The notes under the pieces were generated by a model. It worked only from the letters and a program-made list of their open reading frames with translations, ran no database searches and was not told where the DNA came from. Made by a program: the position numbers and the translations under genes. A stretch of 64,000 nucleotides of DNA from an uncultured Acidobacteriota bacterium (GTDB lineage Bacteria; Acidobacteriota; Blastocatellia; RBC074): assembly GCA_963796275.1 (NCBI GenBank), contig CAWCKY010000006.1, positions 640,001-704,000 of the forward strand, given 5' to 3'. Positions 1 through 10,764 of this stretch are shown here, piece by piece. How positions within the stretch are numbered: the first letter of the stretch is position 1; each line of letters begins with the position of its first letter.

Positions 1-1261
1 TGGTGAATGAACATCTCCATACAAGCGAGAATCAAGCTGCTGGATCGCGTGCGCTGCCGAGCGTTAATGAAGCGTTTGCCAGCACGCAAGCGGCCTGGCG
101 ATTTTATGCCAACCCCAATGTGAAGCTGACGGGGCTGGTCGAACCGTTGGTAGAACAAGCTCGGCGGGAGATGCCGCTTGTCTGTCGACGGTATGGACTG
201 GCGATCCACGACTGGTCTGATCTGCGCTACGGAACGCACACGAGCAAGAAGGATCGGAAAAAAATCGGCAGCGACTTGGGCTACAAACTGGCGACCACGT
301 TGCTGCTGAGCGACCAGAGCGGGGCGCCGATAGCGCCGATCAGCCTTGGGCTGTGGGCCAATGATGGATGGCACACAACGCTTGATGAAGAGAGGCACAG
401 AGATTGGTCGCCCCTGGGATTGGTGAGCCAGACAATGCGGGCTTCGCAGAAGCAAAAACTGTCGTTGCCGCTGGTCCACATCATTGATCGGGAAGGCGAC
501 TCGATCTTTCACTATCGTCAATGGAATAGTGAAGGCCATCTGTTTGAAGTACGTGCCAACGGGGAACAGAGAGTTGTTTGGCAGGAGCGGACACAACCGT
601 TGAGCCAGGTCGCAGCACAGGTCGCCTTGCGCGCTAGCCAAGCGGTAGAGATTTCGGCCAATCTCATTGGGCAACTGTTTGTGGGCGAAACCAGCATCGT
701 CATTGATCGTCCGGCCTTTCCCCGCGCGCGCGACGGGGGCAAGCGTCAATGGATCAAAGGTGAGCCGCTCGAACTGCGCTTGATTGTCTGTCAACTGCGC
801 TTGCCCGATGAAACGATTGCGGCTGAATGGTACTTGCTCAGTAACGTGCCGGCTGGCATCAGCGCTGAGCAACTGGCCGAATGGTACTACTGGCGCTGGA
901 GAATTGAATCTTACTTCAAGTTGCTTAAAAGCCATGGTTTCCAAGTCGACCAGTGGCAGCAGGAAACTGCTGAGGCGATTGCCAAACGTTTGTTGGTGGT
1001 GGCCATGGCTTGTGTCGTAGTCTGGCACATCCAACGCGCAACGGATCCGCAGACGGTCACCCTGCGCAATCTCTTGGTGCGATTGAGCGGTCGACAAGTT
1101 CGGCGTGGGCAACCCACTGCACCAGCATTGTTGGCTGGGTTTTGGAGTTTCTTGTCGACACTTGAATTGCTCGAACATTATGACCTCAATGACCTTAAAC
1201 AGATGGCCCGGCTCATTGTGCCAGGCTATTCCTAACCGTCGGAAATGTGTAGATACCAGTG
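1..1261 (+). mobile_element. IS4-family insertion sequence, right part; putative right terminal repeat ATGTGTAGATACCAGTG at about 1245-1261
   Basis: Transposase stop at 1235 is followed by a short tail that joins abruptly to half a REP hairpin. The left end is outside the window, so the IR is unconfirmed. Confidence 0.75.
3..1235 (+). CDS. IS4-family (IS50/Tn5-like) DDE transposase, probably 5'-truncated by the window edge
   Basis: AWRFYANPNV N-terminal motif, IHDWS, IIDREGD and the YYWRWRIESYFKLLKS (YREK) signature of IS4 transposases. Confidence 0.9.
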   Translation: MNEHLHTSENQAAGSRALPSVNEAFASTQAAWRFYANPNVKLTGLVEPLVEQARREMPLVCRRYGLAIHDWSDLRYGTHTSKKDRKKIGSDLGYKLATTLLLSDQSGAPIAPISLGLWANDGWHTTLDEERHRDWSPLGLVSQTMRASQKQKLSLPLVHIIDREGDSIFHYRQWNSEGHLFEVRANGEQRVVWQERTQPLSQVAAQVALRASQAVEISANLIGQLFVGETSIVIDRPAFPRARDGGKRQWIKGEPLELRLIVCQLRLPDETIAAEWYLLSNVPAGISAEQLAEWYYWRWRIESYFKLLKSHGFQVDQWQQETAEAIAKRLLVVAMACVVVWHIQRATDPQTVTLRNLLVRLSGRQVRRGQPTAPALLAGFWSFLSTLELLEHYDLNDLKQMARLIVPGYS

Positions 1262-1418
1262 GGTTTTAACCCACGGTGGCTTGAAGGATATTCCCGCGTC
1301 GCGTTAGCGACGCCTGAATTCAACCGTCGCTGACGCGACGTGAAAAAATCTATGGCCACCGTGGGTTAAAACATGTTAAAACCCACGGCTACAATCAGCT
1401 GCCGCTAACGCGGCGAAG
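1262..1418. repeat. REPIN/BIME-like palindromic element, family 1 (left arm interrupted by the IS)
   Basis: Near-identical to 47252-47400, including CTTGAAGGATATTCCCGCGTCGCGTTAGCGACGCCTGAATTCAACCGTCGCTGACGCGACGTGAAAAAATCTA and CCCACGGCTACAATCA. Confidence 0.85.
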
Positions 1419-1592
1419 AAGCTGAGCAGTTAATTTCAGTTTTTAAGTTTTTAGCTGTGTTGATCAGCAACTAAAAATTAAAAATTCAGAAAAAATCTAC
1501 GGCCACCGTGGGTTAAAACCGGGTTAAAACCCACGGCTACAATCAGCTGCCGCTAACGCGGTGAAGAAGCTGAGCAATTAATTTCAGTTTTT
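1342..1592. repeat. Direct duplication (period about 147 bp) of the REPIN right arm plus flank
   Basis: About 1342-1445 and about 1489-1592 both read GAAAAAATCTAyGGCCACCGTGGGTTAAAAC...CCACGGCTACAATCAGCTGCCGCTAACGCGGyGAAGAAGCTGAGCArTTAATTTCAGTTTTTA. Confidence 0.85.
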
Positions 1593-1727
1593 AGTTTTCA
1601 ATGAGTGATCTCGGTCGACAACTGAAAACTGAGGATTGAAAACCAATTAAGGTGTATAATTGTGACACCCTCTTTGAAAAATAGTTTTCGGGTTTCAACT
1701 GAAAACTGAATACTGAAAACTGAAAAC
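1434..1727. repeat. Three inverted heptamer arrays (TTTTCAG)n...(CTGAAAA)n
   Basis: Degenerate 7-mer runs in opposed orientation at about 1434-1490, 1582-1643 and 1682-1727. Confidence 0.7.
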
Positions 1728-1746
1728 GGTTTTCCAAGGAGCCCAT

Positions 1747-2520
1747 ATGAGGAACATAGTTGCCTTCTCACACATTCTCGCCGCTACCTTATTTCTCACC
1801 ATCACGGGAACCGCACAAACTGCAGCAATTGAAGAGACGCCGGTGGAGTGGCGCATCACCGAAAAGGAGGTGGTAGCCGTTCAGACTGAACTGAAGCGCC
1901 GGGGTTACTACAATTCGACTCCCAGCGGCATCCTCGATCGTAGCACACGCGAATCGGTTAGATCCTATCAAACAGACAACGGATTGAAGGTTACCGGGCG
2001 TATAGACCGCAGCACTTACGAAACGCTCAAACTGCCCTATCCGGCAACCGGCGATGAGGGGGACAGCGAACGCCGCAGCGGCGTATTGCCTTCGATCGGT
2101 TACGGAATTAAAGATACGGTCGTCGCCACGGGACAGACACTCGAGAGCGCGGCAACAAAGGTCAAGGTCAAGACCGAGGCCGGTTATGATAAAGCGAAAG
2201 AGGCCGGCGGCGAGGCGGTTTCAAAAACGAAGGGAGTGGCCGAAGGAGTGGGGAGCACGACGACGAAAGGGGTCAGGGCAATCGGCCGCGGAGCGCAAAG
2301 AGCCGGCGATATGATCGTGGGAAGAAGCGATGCCGACATTCAAACCGATGTGCGCGAACTTCTCAAATCCGATTCTGAGACCGAAAAATGGTATTCCGAA
2401 GTTAAATCCGGCATGGTGACTATCAAAACACCTCAACAACACAACGGCAATGTGGGAACGGTCATCTCGGATATTCGCAAGATTGCCGGTGTAAAATCGG
2501 TTTTTGTGATTGCTGAGTAA
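1747..2520 (+). CDS. Exported peptidoglycan-binding domain protein with Ala/Lys/Gly-rich middle and small BON-like C-terminal domain
   Basis: AAGGAG SD; signal peptide; VQTELKRRGYY...GILDRSTRESVRSYQTDNGLKVTGRID fits PG_binding_1. Confidence 0.75.
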   Translation: MRNIVAFSHILAATLFLTITGTAQTAAIEETPVEWRITEKEVVAVQTELKRRGYYNSTPSGILDRSTRESVRSYQTDNGLKVTGRIDRSTYETLKLPYPATGDEGDSERRSGVLPSIGYGIKDTVVATGQTLESAATKVKVKTEAGYDKAKEAGGEAVSKTKGVAEGVGSTTTKGVRAIGRGAQRAGDMIVGRSDADIQTDVRELLKSDSETEKWYSEVKSGMVTIKTPQQHNGNVGTVISDIRKIAGVKSVFVIAE

Positions 2521-2530
2521 GGAAAGTAAT

Positions 2531-2596
2531 GCGAGCGAGAGCGAGCGAATTACCATTTCTGACTTTTTGATAATTTGCTCGCTCGCTACCGCTCAC
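2531..2596. terminator. Inverted (GCGAGC)n/(GCTCGC)n hairpin between convergent genes, likely terminator
   Basis: GCGAGCGAGAGCGAGCGAATTA ... TAATTTGCTCGCTCGCTACCGCTC. Confidence 0.45.
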
Positions 2597-2604
2597 GGTC
2601 CCGA

Positions 2605-4404
2605 TTAGACTTTAATGGGTTGATTGGGCAGTTGCGATGGCAGGAGCCCTTGCAAGTTGTTGACCTCGTCTTCGATCTTTTTCAGCTCTTTGGCAATCGC
2701 GTCACATGCCTCGGTGATCTGTTGTGATCTATCCGGGGGAATTTCAGCTATTTCATCGAGACGAAAACTCAGTTTATTGAGGGTCTGGCGCCATATATTG
2801 CGTTTGTCCCTGAACCCGGGTTTGTCGGATGCCTGTAGCTTCTTATTGATCTCGGCGATCTTTTCGCGCAACTGCGCGATCTTTCCATCCTTCTGATTCT
2901 GGTTCTCGATGATCGCCTCTTGTTGCAACGTGTTCTTCTCTTCCTTCTGCTTCAGGTAATTGGTAACACCGATTACCGATCCGGCCATCACAAGCACAAG
3001 CAGCCCGGCTAAAATGTAAGTCCCCTTCCGGGAACCCTTCTTTTCGGCAGGGATGTTGATCGGCAGCTTGGTAATCGAAGGCATATGACCGTAGTTGAGG
3101 GATGACGCGAGGGACGGCATCGCGGTCGCGCCCCCGAGTTGTGGCTGCGATAACGAGATCGGGCCGGTCGAGCGGCTCTCGAGTGGACCCGTATTCTGAA
3201 CCGGCTTTTGAATGCTCGCCATCTCGACTTCATCATCCAATTCTCCCGGTGCAAAAAGAGAACTAACGGGATCACTTTGATCCGGCTGATCGTTTGTATG
3301 AGCATCATCTGTATGAGCATCATCAACCTGGTTATCCGGCTGGTCATCCGAATCTTGATCTTCCATCGACGCTGGCTGCGCAGGCGGTATCGGCGCCATA
3401 TCACTACCAACGTCCTCCCCATCGAGTTCTTCTTTCTGCGGGGCGTTGAGTATTGTGGAGGGGGTTTCGACCGGATCGATCTCTTCGCTCTCGCCCCAAT
3501 CGATTTCGGTTGGAGTATCCGGCAACCGCAGGAGTATCTGTGCTTCGAGGGGATCACCGGTGGGTTGTGGAAGACCGGCACCTGAAAATTGCGCAATGAC
3601 GATCGTTATGTTGTCCTCTCCGCCTCTGTCATTGGCCAGGTCGATCGATTCTTGGCAGGCCGTCTTAAAGTCGCTCGCCTCCTGAACGATGCCTAGAATT
3701 TCGTCCTGATGCATCTTGCCTGAAAGCCCGTCGCTGCACAGAACGAGGGTGTCGAGTTGGCAAAGAGTCAGATGACTGACTTCGACATTGACATTGTTAT
3801 GAGCGCCGAGAGCCTGCAGGATCACATTCCGGTAACTGTGAGTCTCCGCCTCTTCTTCGGTGATCTGACCGGCGTCGATCAATTGCTGAACGAGAGATTG
3901 ATCTTTCGTGATGCGATAGATCTTGTCCTGCCTGATCAGGTAAGCGCGGCTATCTCCGACCTGAGCGAAATATATGCGATTGCCGATGGTGGCGATTGCG
4001 GTGAAGGTAGCCCCTAATCCTTTATGCTCCGGATTGGTCTGGCTTTCGCCATTGATCAGGATGTTGGCTTCTTCGATGGATAGGCGCAGGCGTTCTTCAA
4101 AAGAGATTTTTCCGTGAGTCTCGTGCGCCTGCAATTGAAGCATGCGGTCGCGCACTGTTTCGACGGCCATCCGCGAAGCCACTTCACCGGCTAGCGCGCC
4201 GCCCATCCCATCAGATACGGCAAGCAACGATCCATAGTAACCCTGTGGAAAAGTGAGTAGCTCCTCCGATTCTTCCTCGGTGGCTGTCCAGCTCTTTCCG
4301 GTAGAGAGATCCAGGATCAGAAAATTGTCTTCGTTCCCACTGCGCACCATGCCCACATCTGTCTGAGCATAAAGTGCCAGATTTATCATTTCTTGCTCGG
4401 CCAT
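2605..4404 (-). CDS. Stp1/PrpC-type PP2C Ser/Thr phosphatase with acidic linker, one TM helix and coiled-coil tail
   Basis: TDVGMVRSGNED, VSDGMGG, QVGDSRAY, LCSDGL and GGEDNIT motifs; TM YILAGLLVLVMAGSVIGV. Confidence 0.9.
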   Translation of the reverse strand: MAEQEMINLALYAQTDVGMVRSGNEDNFLILDLSTGKSWTATEEESEELLTFPQGYYGSLLAVSDGMGGALAGEVASRMAVETVRDRMLQLQAHETHGKISFEERLRLSIEEANILINGESQTNPEHKGLGATFTAIATIGNRIYFAQVGDSRAYLIRQDKIYRITKDQSLVQQLIDAGQITEEEAETHSYRNVILQALGAHNNVNVEVSHLTLCQLDTLVLCSDGLSGKMHQDEILGIVQEASDFKTACQESIDLANDRGGEDNITIVIAQFSGAGLPQPTGDPLEAQILLRLPDTPTEIDWGESEEIDPVETPSTILNAPQKEELDGEDVGSDMAPIPPAQPASMEDQDSDDQPDNQVDDAHTDDAHTNDQPDQSDPVSSLFAPGELDDEVEMASIQKPVQNTGPLESRSTGPISLSQPQLGGATAMPSLASSLNYGHMPSITKLPINIPAEKKGSRKGTYILAGLLVLVMAGSVIGVTNYLKQKEEKNTLQQEAIIENQNQKDGKIAQLREKIAEINKKLQASDKPGFRDKRNIWRQTLNKLSFRLDEIAEIPPDRSQQITEACDAIAKELKKIEDEVNNLQGLLPSQLPNQPIKV

Positions 4405-4409
4405 AAAAA

Positions 4410-5549
<1,140 letters not shown>

Positions 5550-5652
5550 ATGAAATGTTTAATAACTCTTGAAAATCCCGGTATCTATATCTGATAGCCA
5601 ATGATATTAAATATTTGGGCGTGAAAAAGAAAGCGATAATCGCATGTCGGAA

Positions 5653-5790
5653 GTGGTTCGGTAGTCGGTTATCGGTAGTCGGCGGATGCCTCAAGAATAG
5701 AGTCTGCGATGAGGTTGTCAACGTACCGATACTCATACTATAACAAACAGGCAACCGAGAATCGACAACCGACCACCACCGACTACCGAA
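5653..5790. repeat. Inverted heptamer arrays (GGTAGTC)n...(GACTACC)n in a divergent promoter region
   Basis: TCGGTAGTCGGTTATCGGTAGTCGG ... CGACAACCGACCACCACCGACTACCGA. Confidence 0.65.
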
Positions 5791-5794
5791 TTTT

Positions 5795-6559
5795 ATGAGC
5801 TCAAGAATAGTTGCCATCATTCCCGCGCGATATGCCTCAACCAGGTTTCCGGGCAAGCCTCTGGTTGACATCGCGGGCATGCCGATGATTCTGCACGTGG
5901 TGAAGCGCGCGCATCTGGTTCCGGCGATCGATCGCGTGATAGTTGCAACCGATGACCAGCGTGTCTTTGATACTGTGACCGCTGCGGGCGAAGAGGCATT
6001 GATGACATCAGGTGAACACCGTACCGGGACCGACCGCCTCGCCGAAGTCGCGGCGCAGCTCGATGCGGAGATAATCGTCAACGTACAGGGAGACGAGCCG
6101 CTCATCGATCCGGCAACCATCGAATTCGCGCTCTCTCCGCTGCTTGAGGATCCGTCGGTCGTAATGAGCACGACCTGCGAGCCGATTGAATCTTTCGCAG
6201 ACCTGATAAATCCCAGCGTGGTCAAAGTCGTATCTGATCGCGAAGGTTTCGCGGTCTACTTTTCGCGCAGTCCAATCCCTTATCCGCGCAGTGAGGTTCT
6301 CAAATACGGCTCGCTCCAGGAAGCTTTGAATGCCCAACCCGATCTTTTGAAGTTGTTTGCCAAACATACCGGCCTTTATGTTTATCGGCGCGGGTTTTTA
6401 CTGGAGTTTACCCGGCTGTCTCCGACTAGACTCGAGGAGATTGAGGCGCTCGAACAACTGCGTGTGATCGAGAATGGCTATAGGATCAAGGTGATCCGCG
6501 TGAACGAACGGTCGATAGGGGTTGATACTCCTGAAGACCTGGAGCGCATAAGAAGATAA
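5795..6559 (+). CDS. kdsB: 3-deoxy-manno-octulosonate cytidylyltransferase (CMP-KDO synthetase)
   Basis: IIPARYASTRFPGKPL, GTDRLAE, NVQGDEP, YFSRSPIP, LEQLR and GVDTPEDL. Confidence 0.96.
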   Translation: MSSRIVAIIPARYASTRFPGKPLVDIAGMPMILHVVKRAHLVPAIDRVIVATDDQRVFDTVTAAGEEALMTSGEHRTGTDRLAEVAAQLDAEIIVNVQGDEPLIDPATIEFALSPLLEDPSVVMSTTCEPIESFADLINPSVVKVVSDREGFAVYFSRSPIPYPRSEVLKYGSLQEALNAQPDLLKLFAKHTGLYVYRRGFLLEFTRLSPTRLEEIEALEQLRVIENGYRIKVIRVNERSIGVDTPEDLERIRR

Positions 6560-6643
6560 TTGATAATTGATAATTGATAATTCGTTTGAATTGATGCAAC
6601 GGTATTTACGAACTATCAATTATCAATTATCAATTATCAATTA
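6557..6643. repeat. Inverted heptamer arrays (TAATTGA)n...(TCAATTA)n
   Basis: TAATTGATAATTGATAATTGATAATTCG ... CGAACTATCAATTATCAATTATCAATTATCAATTA; begins with the kdsB stop codon. Confidence 0.85.
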
Positions 6644-6704
6644 AGTCTGATAAACTCCCTCCCGGTAGTAACAACCCTATTCAAACAATCCAAGTCCAGG
6701 AGCA

Positions 6705-7211
6705 ATGATTATGCCCGTCCGAGAAATTCTTCTTCTTGGTAATCCTCTACTCTGGCACCCCTCTCAGAATGTCAACGACATTCGCTCTACCGAGACGCGG
6801 GGGCTCATCGGTGATCTGGCCGAGACGTTGTCGGACTTTCGTCTTCGCCAGGGATTCGGGCGGGCGATTGCCGCGCCTCAAATCGGTGAACATCGCCGCC
6901 TAATCTTTGTCAAGATGTCGGAAAGCGCGCAACCGATGCCCTTCATAAATCCCACTATTCTCCGCGCGAGCCGTGAAATGATGGAGATGTGGGACGATTG
7001 TTTTTCATTTCCCGAGTTGATGGTTCGTGTCAGCCGCCACCTCGAAATCACCGTCCGTTACACCGATGAGTACGGTTCGGAGCAGACGGCCACCTTGCGC
7101 GACGATCTATCGGAACTGCTCCAGCACGAGATCGATCATCTAGACGGAATTCTCGCCACCGACCGGGCGATCAACCCGCGCGGCTTCGCTCTGCGGAGTG
7201 TGGTGAAATAG
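6705..7211 (+). CDS. def: Peptide deformylase with divergent motifs
   Basis: AIAAPQIG, FINP, DDCFS (EGCLS position) and QHEIDHLDG. Confidence 0.85.
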   Translation: MIMPVREILLLGNPLLWHPSQNVNDIRSTETRGLIGDLAETLSDFRLRQGFGRAIAAPQIGEHRRLIFVKMSESAQPMPFINPTILRASREMMEMWDDCFSFPELMVRVSRHLEITVRYTDEYGSEQTATLRDDLSELLQHEIDHLDGILATDRAINPRGFALRSVVK

Positions 7212-7277
7212 TTTTCAGTTTTCAGTTACCGAACGAGACTGCCCGACTAAAAACTGAAAACTAAAAACTGAAAACTA
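7209..7277. repeat. Inverted heptamer arrays (TTTTCAG)n...(CTGAAAA)n between convergent def and glnS
   Basis: TAGTTTTCAGTTTTCAGTT ... ACTAAAAACTGAAAACTAAAAACTGAAAACTA. Confidence 0.85.
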
Positions 7278-9005
7278 TTTATGACTTTTTGTGCGCTGTT
7301 CGATCTTGGCCCAGGTATCCCGCAGGCCGATTGTGCGGTTGAACAGCGGCTTACCAGGGGCGGAATCGGGATCTACGTAAAAGTAGCCCATCCGTTCGAA
7401 TTGATAGGCAGTGCCGGGGACTGCATCGCGCAGCGCCGGTTCGACCTGGCAATTCGCCAGCACCTCCAATGAGTTGGGATTCAGATTGGAGGTGAATTCC
7501 TGTCCATCTTCTACCTCCTGCGGATTTTCTTTCGTGAACAGGTTCTCATACAGACGTACCTGCGCTCCCATCGCGTGCGCGGCGGAAACCCAGTGGATAG
7601 TGGCTTTGACCTTGCGCGTGCTGGCCGCGTTGCCGCTGCGGGTTTCGGGGTCGTAGGTGCAATGTAATTCGACGATATTCCCGCCGGCATCCTTGATTAC
7701 GCTTTCGCATTTGATGATGTAACCGTAACGCAACCGAACTTCGCGGCCCGGCGAGAGCCGGTAGAACTGTTTCGGCGGGTCTTCGCGAAAATCGTCCTGT
7801 TCAATGTAAAGAACTTTTGAGAATGGAACTTTGCGGGTGCCGGCACTTGCATCTTCTGGATTGTTGACAGCTTCCATCTCTTCGACCAGATCGTCAGGAT
7901 AGTTCGTCAGCACGACTCGCAGGGGTTTCAGCACAGCCATCACGCGCAGCGCGTGTCTATTCAGGTCTTCACGAACGTAGTATTCGAGTTGCTGGAGCTG
8001 GGTGACGCCGTTTGTTTTGGAAACGCCGAGGCTGGCGCAGAAATTACGAATCGCTTCCGGCGTATAGCCGCGCCTCCGCATACCAGACAGAGTCGGCATG
8101 CGCGGATCGTCCCAACCGTCGACCAGGCCTTCCTGGACTAATCGCAGCAGCTTGCGCTTGCTCGTTACGGTGTAGGTGAGGCTGAGCCGGTCGAACTCAA
8201 ACTGCTGAGAGGGGAAAATACCGAGTTGATCGATGTACCAGTTGTAGAGCGGGCGATGATCCTCAAATTCGAGCGTGCAAATGGAATGCGTCACCTTCTC
8301 GATGGAATCCGATTGCCCGTGGGCGTAATCGTACATCGGGTAGATGCACCATCGGCCTCCCGTGCGATGATGTTCCATCTTGAGAATGCGATACATCACG
8401 GGATCGCGAAAATTCAAGTTAGGTGACGCCATATCGATCTTCGCGCGCAGCGTGTGTGAACCATCGGGGAATTCGCCATCTTTCATGCGCTCGAAGAGGT
8501 CCAGATTCTCTGCCACGGAGCGATTTCGATACGGGCTCTCCTTGCCGGGCTCGGTGAGCGTGCCGCGATATGCGCGCAATTCATCGGCGTTGAGGTCGCA
8601 CACAAAGGCCTTCCCGCTCTTGATCATCTGAACGGCCCACTCATAAAGCTGCTGGAAATAATCGGAAGCGTAATACAATCCGTCCCATTTGAAGCCCAGC
8701 CACTTTATATCCTCCATGATGGATTCGACATACTCGGTCTCCTCTTTGGATGGATTGGTGTCGTCGAAACGCAGATTACACTTGCCGCCAAACTCAGCCG
8801 CCAGCCCGAAGTCTAGGCAGATCGCCTTGGCGTGACCGATATGCAGGTAGCCGTTCGGCTCGGGCGGAAAGCGGGTCTGCACGCGGCCGCCGTGTTTCCC
8901 CTCATTGATGTCTTCGATAATAATGTCGCGAATGAAATTAGACCTGCCCGCCGATTCAACTGACGTGGCGCTCGAGTCAGATTCCAACGAATTCATCTGG
9001 TTCAA
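7275..9005 (-). CDS. glnS: Glutamine--tRNA ligase (start may be a few codons downstream)
   Basis: [47 protein letters not shown] and QFERMGYF. Confidence 0.96.
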   Translation of the reverse strand: MNQMNSLESDSSATSVESAGRSNFIRDIIIEDINEGKHGGRVQTRFPPEPNGYLHIGHAKAICLDFGLAAEFGGKCNLRFDDTNPSKEETEYVESIMEDIKWLGFKWDGLYYASDYFQQLYEWAVQMIKSGKAFVCDLNADELRAYRGTLTEPGKESPYRNRSVAENLDLFERMKDGEFPDGSHTLRAKIDMASPNLNFRDPVMYRILKMEHHRTGGRWCIYPMYDYAHGQSDSIEKVTHSICTLEFEDHRPLYNWYIDQLGIFPSQQFEFDRLSLTYTVTSKRKLLRLVQEGLVDGWDDPRMPTLSGMRRRGYTPEAIRNFCASLGVSKTNGVTQLQQLEYYVREDLNRHALRVMAVLKPLRVVLTNYPDDLVEEMEAVNNPEDASAGTRKVPFSKVLYIEQDDFREDPPKQFYRLSPGREVRLRYGYIIKCESVIKDAGGNIVELHCTYDPETRSGNAASTRKVKATIHWVSAAHAMGAQVRLYENLFTKENPQEVEDGQEFTSNLNPNSLEVLANCQVEPALRDAVPGTAYQFERMGYFYVDPDSAPGKPLFNRTIGLRDTWAKIEQRTKSHK

Positions 9006-9045
9006 TTTTCTCCTTTTGCAAATTTTGACGGTCGGGCGCTGGGCT

Positions 9046-10764
9046 TCATAAAAAGATAGAAAGCCGTTTCTCGATCCGATCCCTTCCCATTACCTGCATG
9101 ACATCCCACAGACCGGGAGCTTGACGGCTGCCGCAGAGGGCGACGCGAAGCACCATTGCCACATCACCGACATGCCCTCTTAATGCGCCTTTCGCTTTCT
9201 TAAAAGCTCCAACGCTGTCTGCAAATCCAATCTCCCTGGCAATTTCCTTATATCTTTCGAACTGGGCATTATTATCATCTTTCTCGTCATAAACTTCGAT
9301 AAATCTTTTGAGCACGGTTTTTATCTCTTCTTGAGTCATATTCTCGGGAAACTCGAATTGGTGTTGCTGTGAGAAGAGCTCGTCGAACATGAACGCGAAT
9401 TGAGGCCGAATATCTTTCCATGTACGTAATCGCTTGGCGGCGGTCTCTCCCGTACGTTCTATATCGAGAGTCCTACGCGTATAATCCGGATATTCCACCA
9501 TAAGACCAGCCAGTTCCGGATCGAACTCTCTCGCCCAGTTTAACGCCTTTCGGTAAACGGCATCGATGTCCATGCGGGAGATTACGTCCTTGCTGATGCT
9601 GGCAATCTTTACGACATCGCTCAGCGCACCATGGGACGCAAGGGAGCTCAGTTTGAACGGGAAATTGCCGTATGGAGCGGCGGGGTTGGCTGCTCTCCAC
9701 GGCTCGAAAGAAGAGTCGAACAGATTCGAAAGATACTCGATAGTAGCCTCTTCGGGAAATCCCATCTCGGCGTAAAAATCGATATTAGCCTCAGGGTCCT
9801 TGCGCTTAGACAGTTTCCTCCTCGATTCGCGTATCACAGCTTCGCCCGATTCATCGATTTCTTTTATTACCTCGATCTTTTCGATGGGCGGAAAGTGACC
9901 GAATGCCGGAGGAGACCAGGAAAACAGATGGAACAACTGAAGGTGGAGCGGCACAGAAGATACCCATTCGTCACCGCGTATTACGTGCGTCGTCCGCATC
10001 AAATGATCGTCAACTACGTGCGCGAGATGGTAGGTGGGAATGCCGTCGGCTTTCAAGAGAGGAATGTCTAGATCGTACTCGGGCATTGAAATAGATCCTT
10101 TGATACAGTCATCCCATACGATCCGGTTATTATAATCGCCGATGGCTCGAAGCCTGATTACGAAGGGTGTTCCGCGGCGCAGCTGCTCCAGCGCCACTTC
10201 GAGAGGGAGATGCCTACATTTAGCCCATTTTCCATAGTATCCGGATCTCACCACCTTTTGTTCCTTCTGAATATTGCGCTGATTTTCGAGGTCTGTTTCC
10301 GTGCAAAAACAAGGATAGGCGTGCCCACGCCGCATTAAGTCAGCGGCAAAGGTATGGTAAATCTTCACGCGGTTAGTCTGTATATAAGAACCGTAATTGC
10401 CTCGTTCGATCACTGACCCCTCTTCAACCCCGATCACTCCTTCGTCGGGTGGAAGGCCGAATCGATTTAGCCCATTAATTATCGTTCTAATCGCACCTTC
10501 TTGAGAGCGCTTGGTATCTGTATCTTCAATACGTAGAAAAAATACGCCCCCACTTTGTTCAGCCACCTTTTTATTGATTAAAGAAGCATAAATCCCTCCT
10601 ATATGCATAAAACCGGTAGGGCTCGGGGCGAACCGGGTAACCATTGCATTAGAGGGAAGATTCCGTGGCGGATGCATATCCTCATATGATTGGGGAGATA
10701 GAAAGATATCGGAGTCAGCAAAGGCCAACTTCACTAATTGATCGCTCATTTCTGGTGAGAGCAC
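9046..10764 (-). CDS. gltX: Glutamate--tRNA ligase, long form (572 aa)
   Basis: [42 protein letters not shown] and [10 protein letters not shown]. Confidence 0.92.
   Translation of the reverse strand: MLSPEMSDQLVKLAFADSDIFLSPQSYEDMHPPRNLPSNAMVTRFAPSPTGFMHIGGIYASLINKKVAEQSGGVFFLRIEDTDTKRSQEGAIRTIINGLNRFGLPPDEGVIGVEEGSVIERGNYGSYIQTNRVKIYHTFAADLMRRGHAYPCFCTETDLENQRNIQKEQKVVRSGYYGKWAKCRHLPLEVALEQLRRGTPFVIRLRAIGDYNNRIVWDDCIKGSISMPEYDLDIPLLKADGIPTYHLAHVVDDHLMRTTHVIRGDEWVSSVPLHLQLFHLFSWSPPAFGHFPPIEKIEVIKEIDESGEAVIRESRRKLSKRKDPEANIDFYAEMGFPEEATIEYLSNLFDSSFEPWRAANPAAPYGNFPFKLSSLASHGALSDVVKIASISKDVISRMDIDAVYRKALNWAREFDPELAGLMVEYPDYTRRTLDIERTGETAAKRLRTWKDIRPQFAFMFDELFSQQHQFEFPENMTQEEIKTVLKRFIEVYDEKDDNNAQFERYKEIAREIGFADSVGAFKKAKGALRGHVGDVAMVLRVALCGSRQAPGLWDVMQVMGRDRIEKRLSIFL

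Noticed and set aside
1636-1660. TTGAAA...TATAAT promoter
   Set aside because: The spacer is only 13 bp and TTGAAA belongs to the heptamer repeat; only the -10 is plausible.
5550-5790. SAM riboswitch or T-box before the cystathionine enzyme
   Set aside because: No recognisable consensus; the structure is explained by the heptamer arrays.
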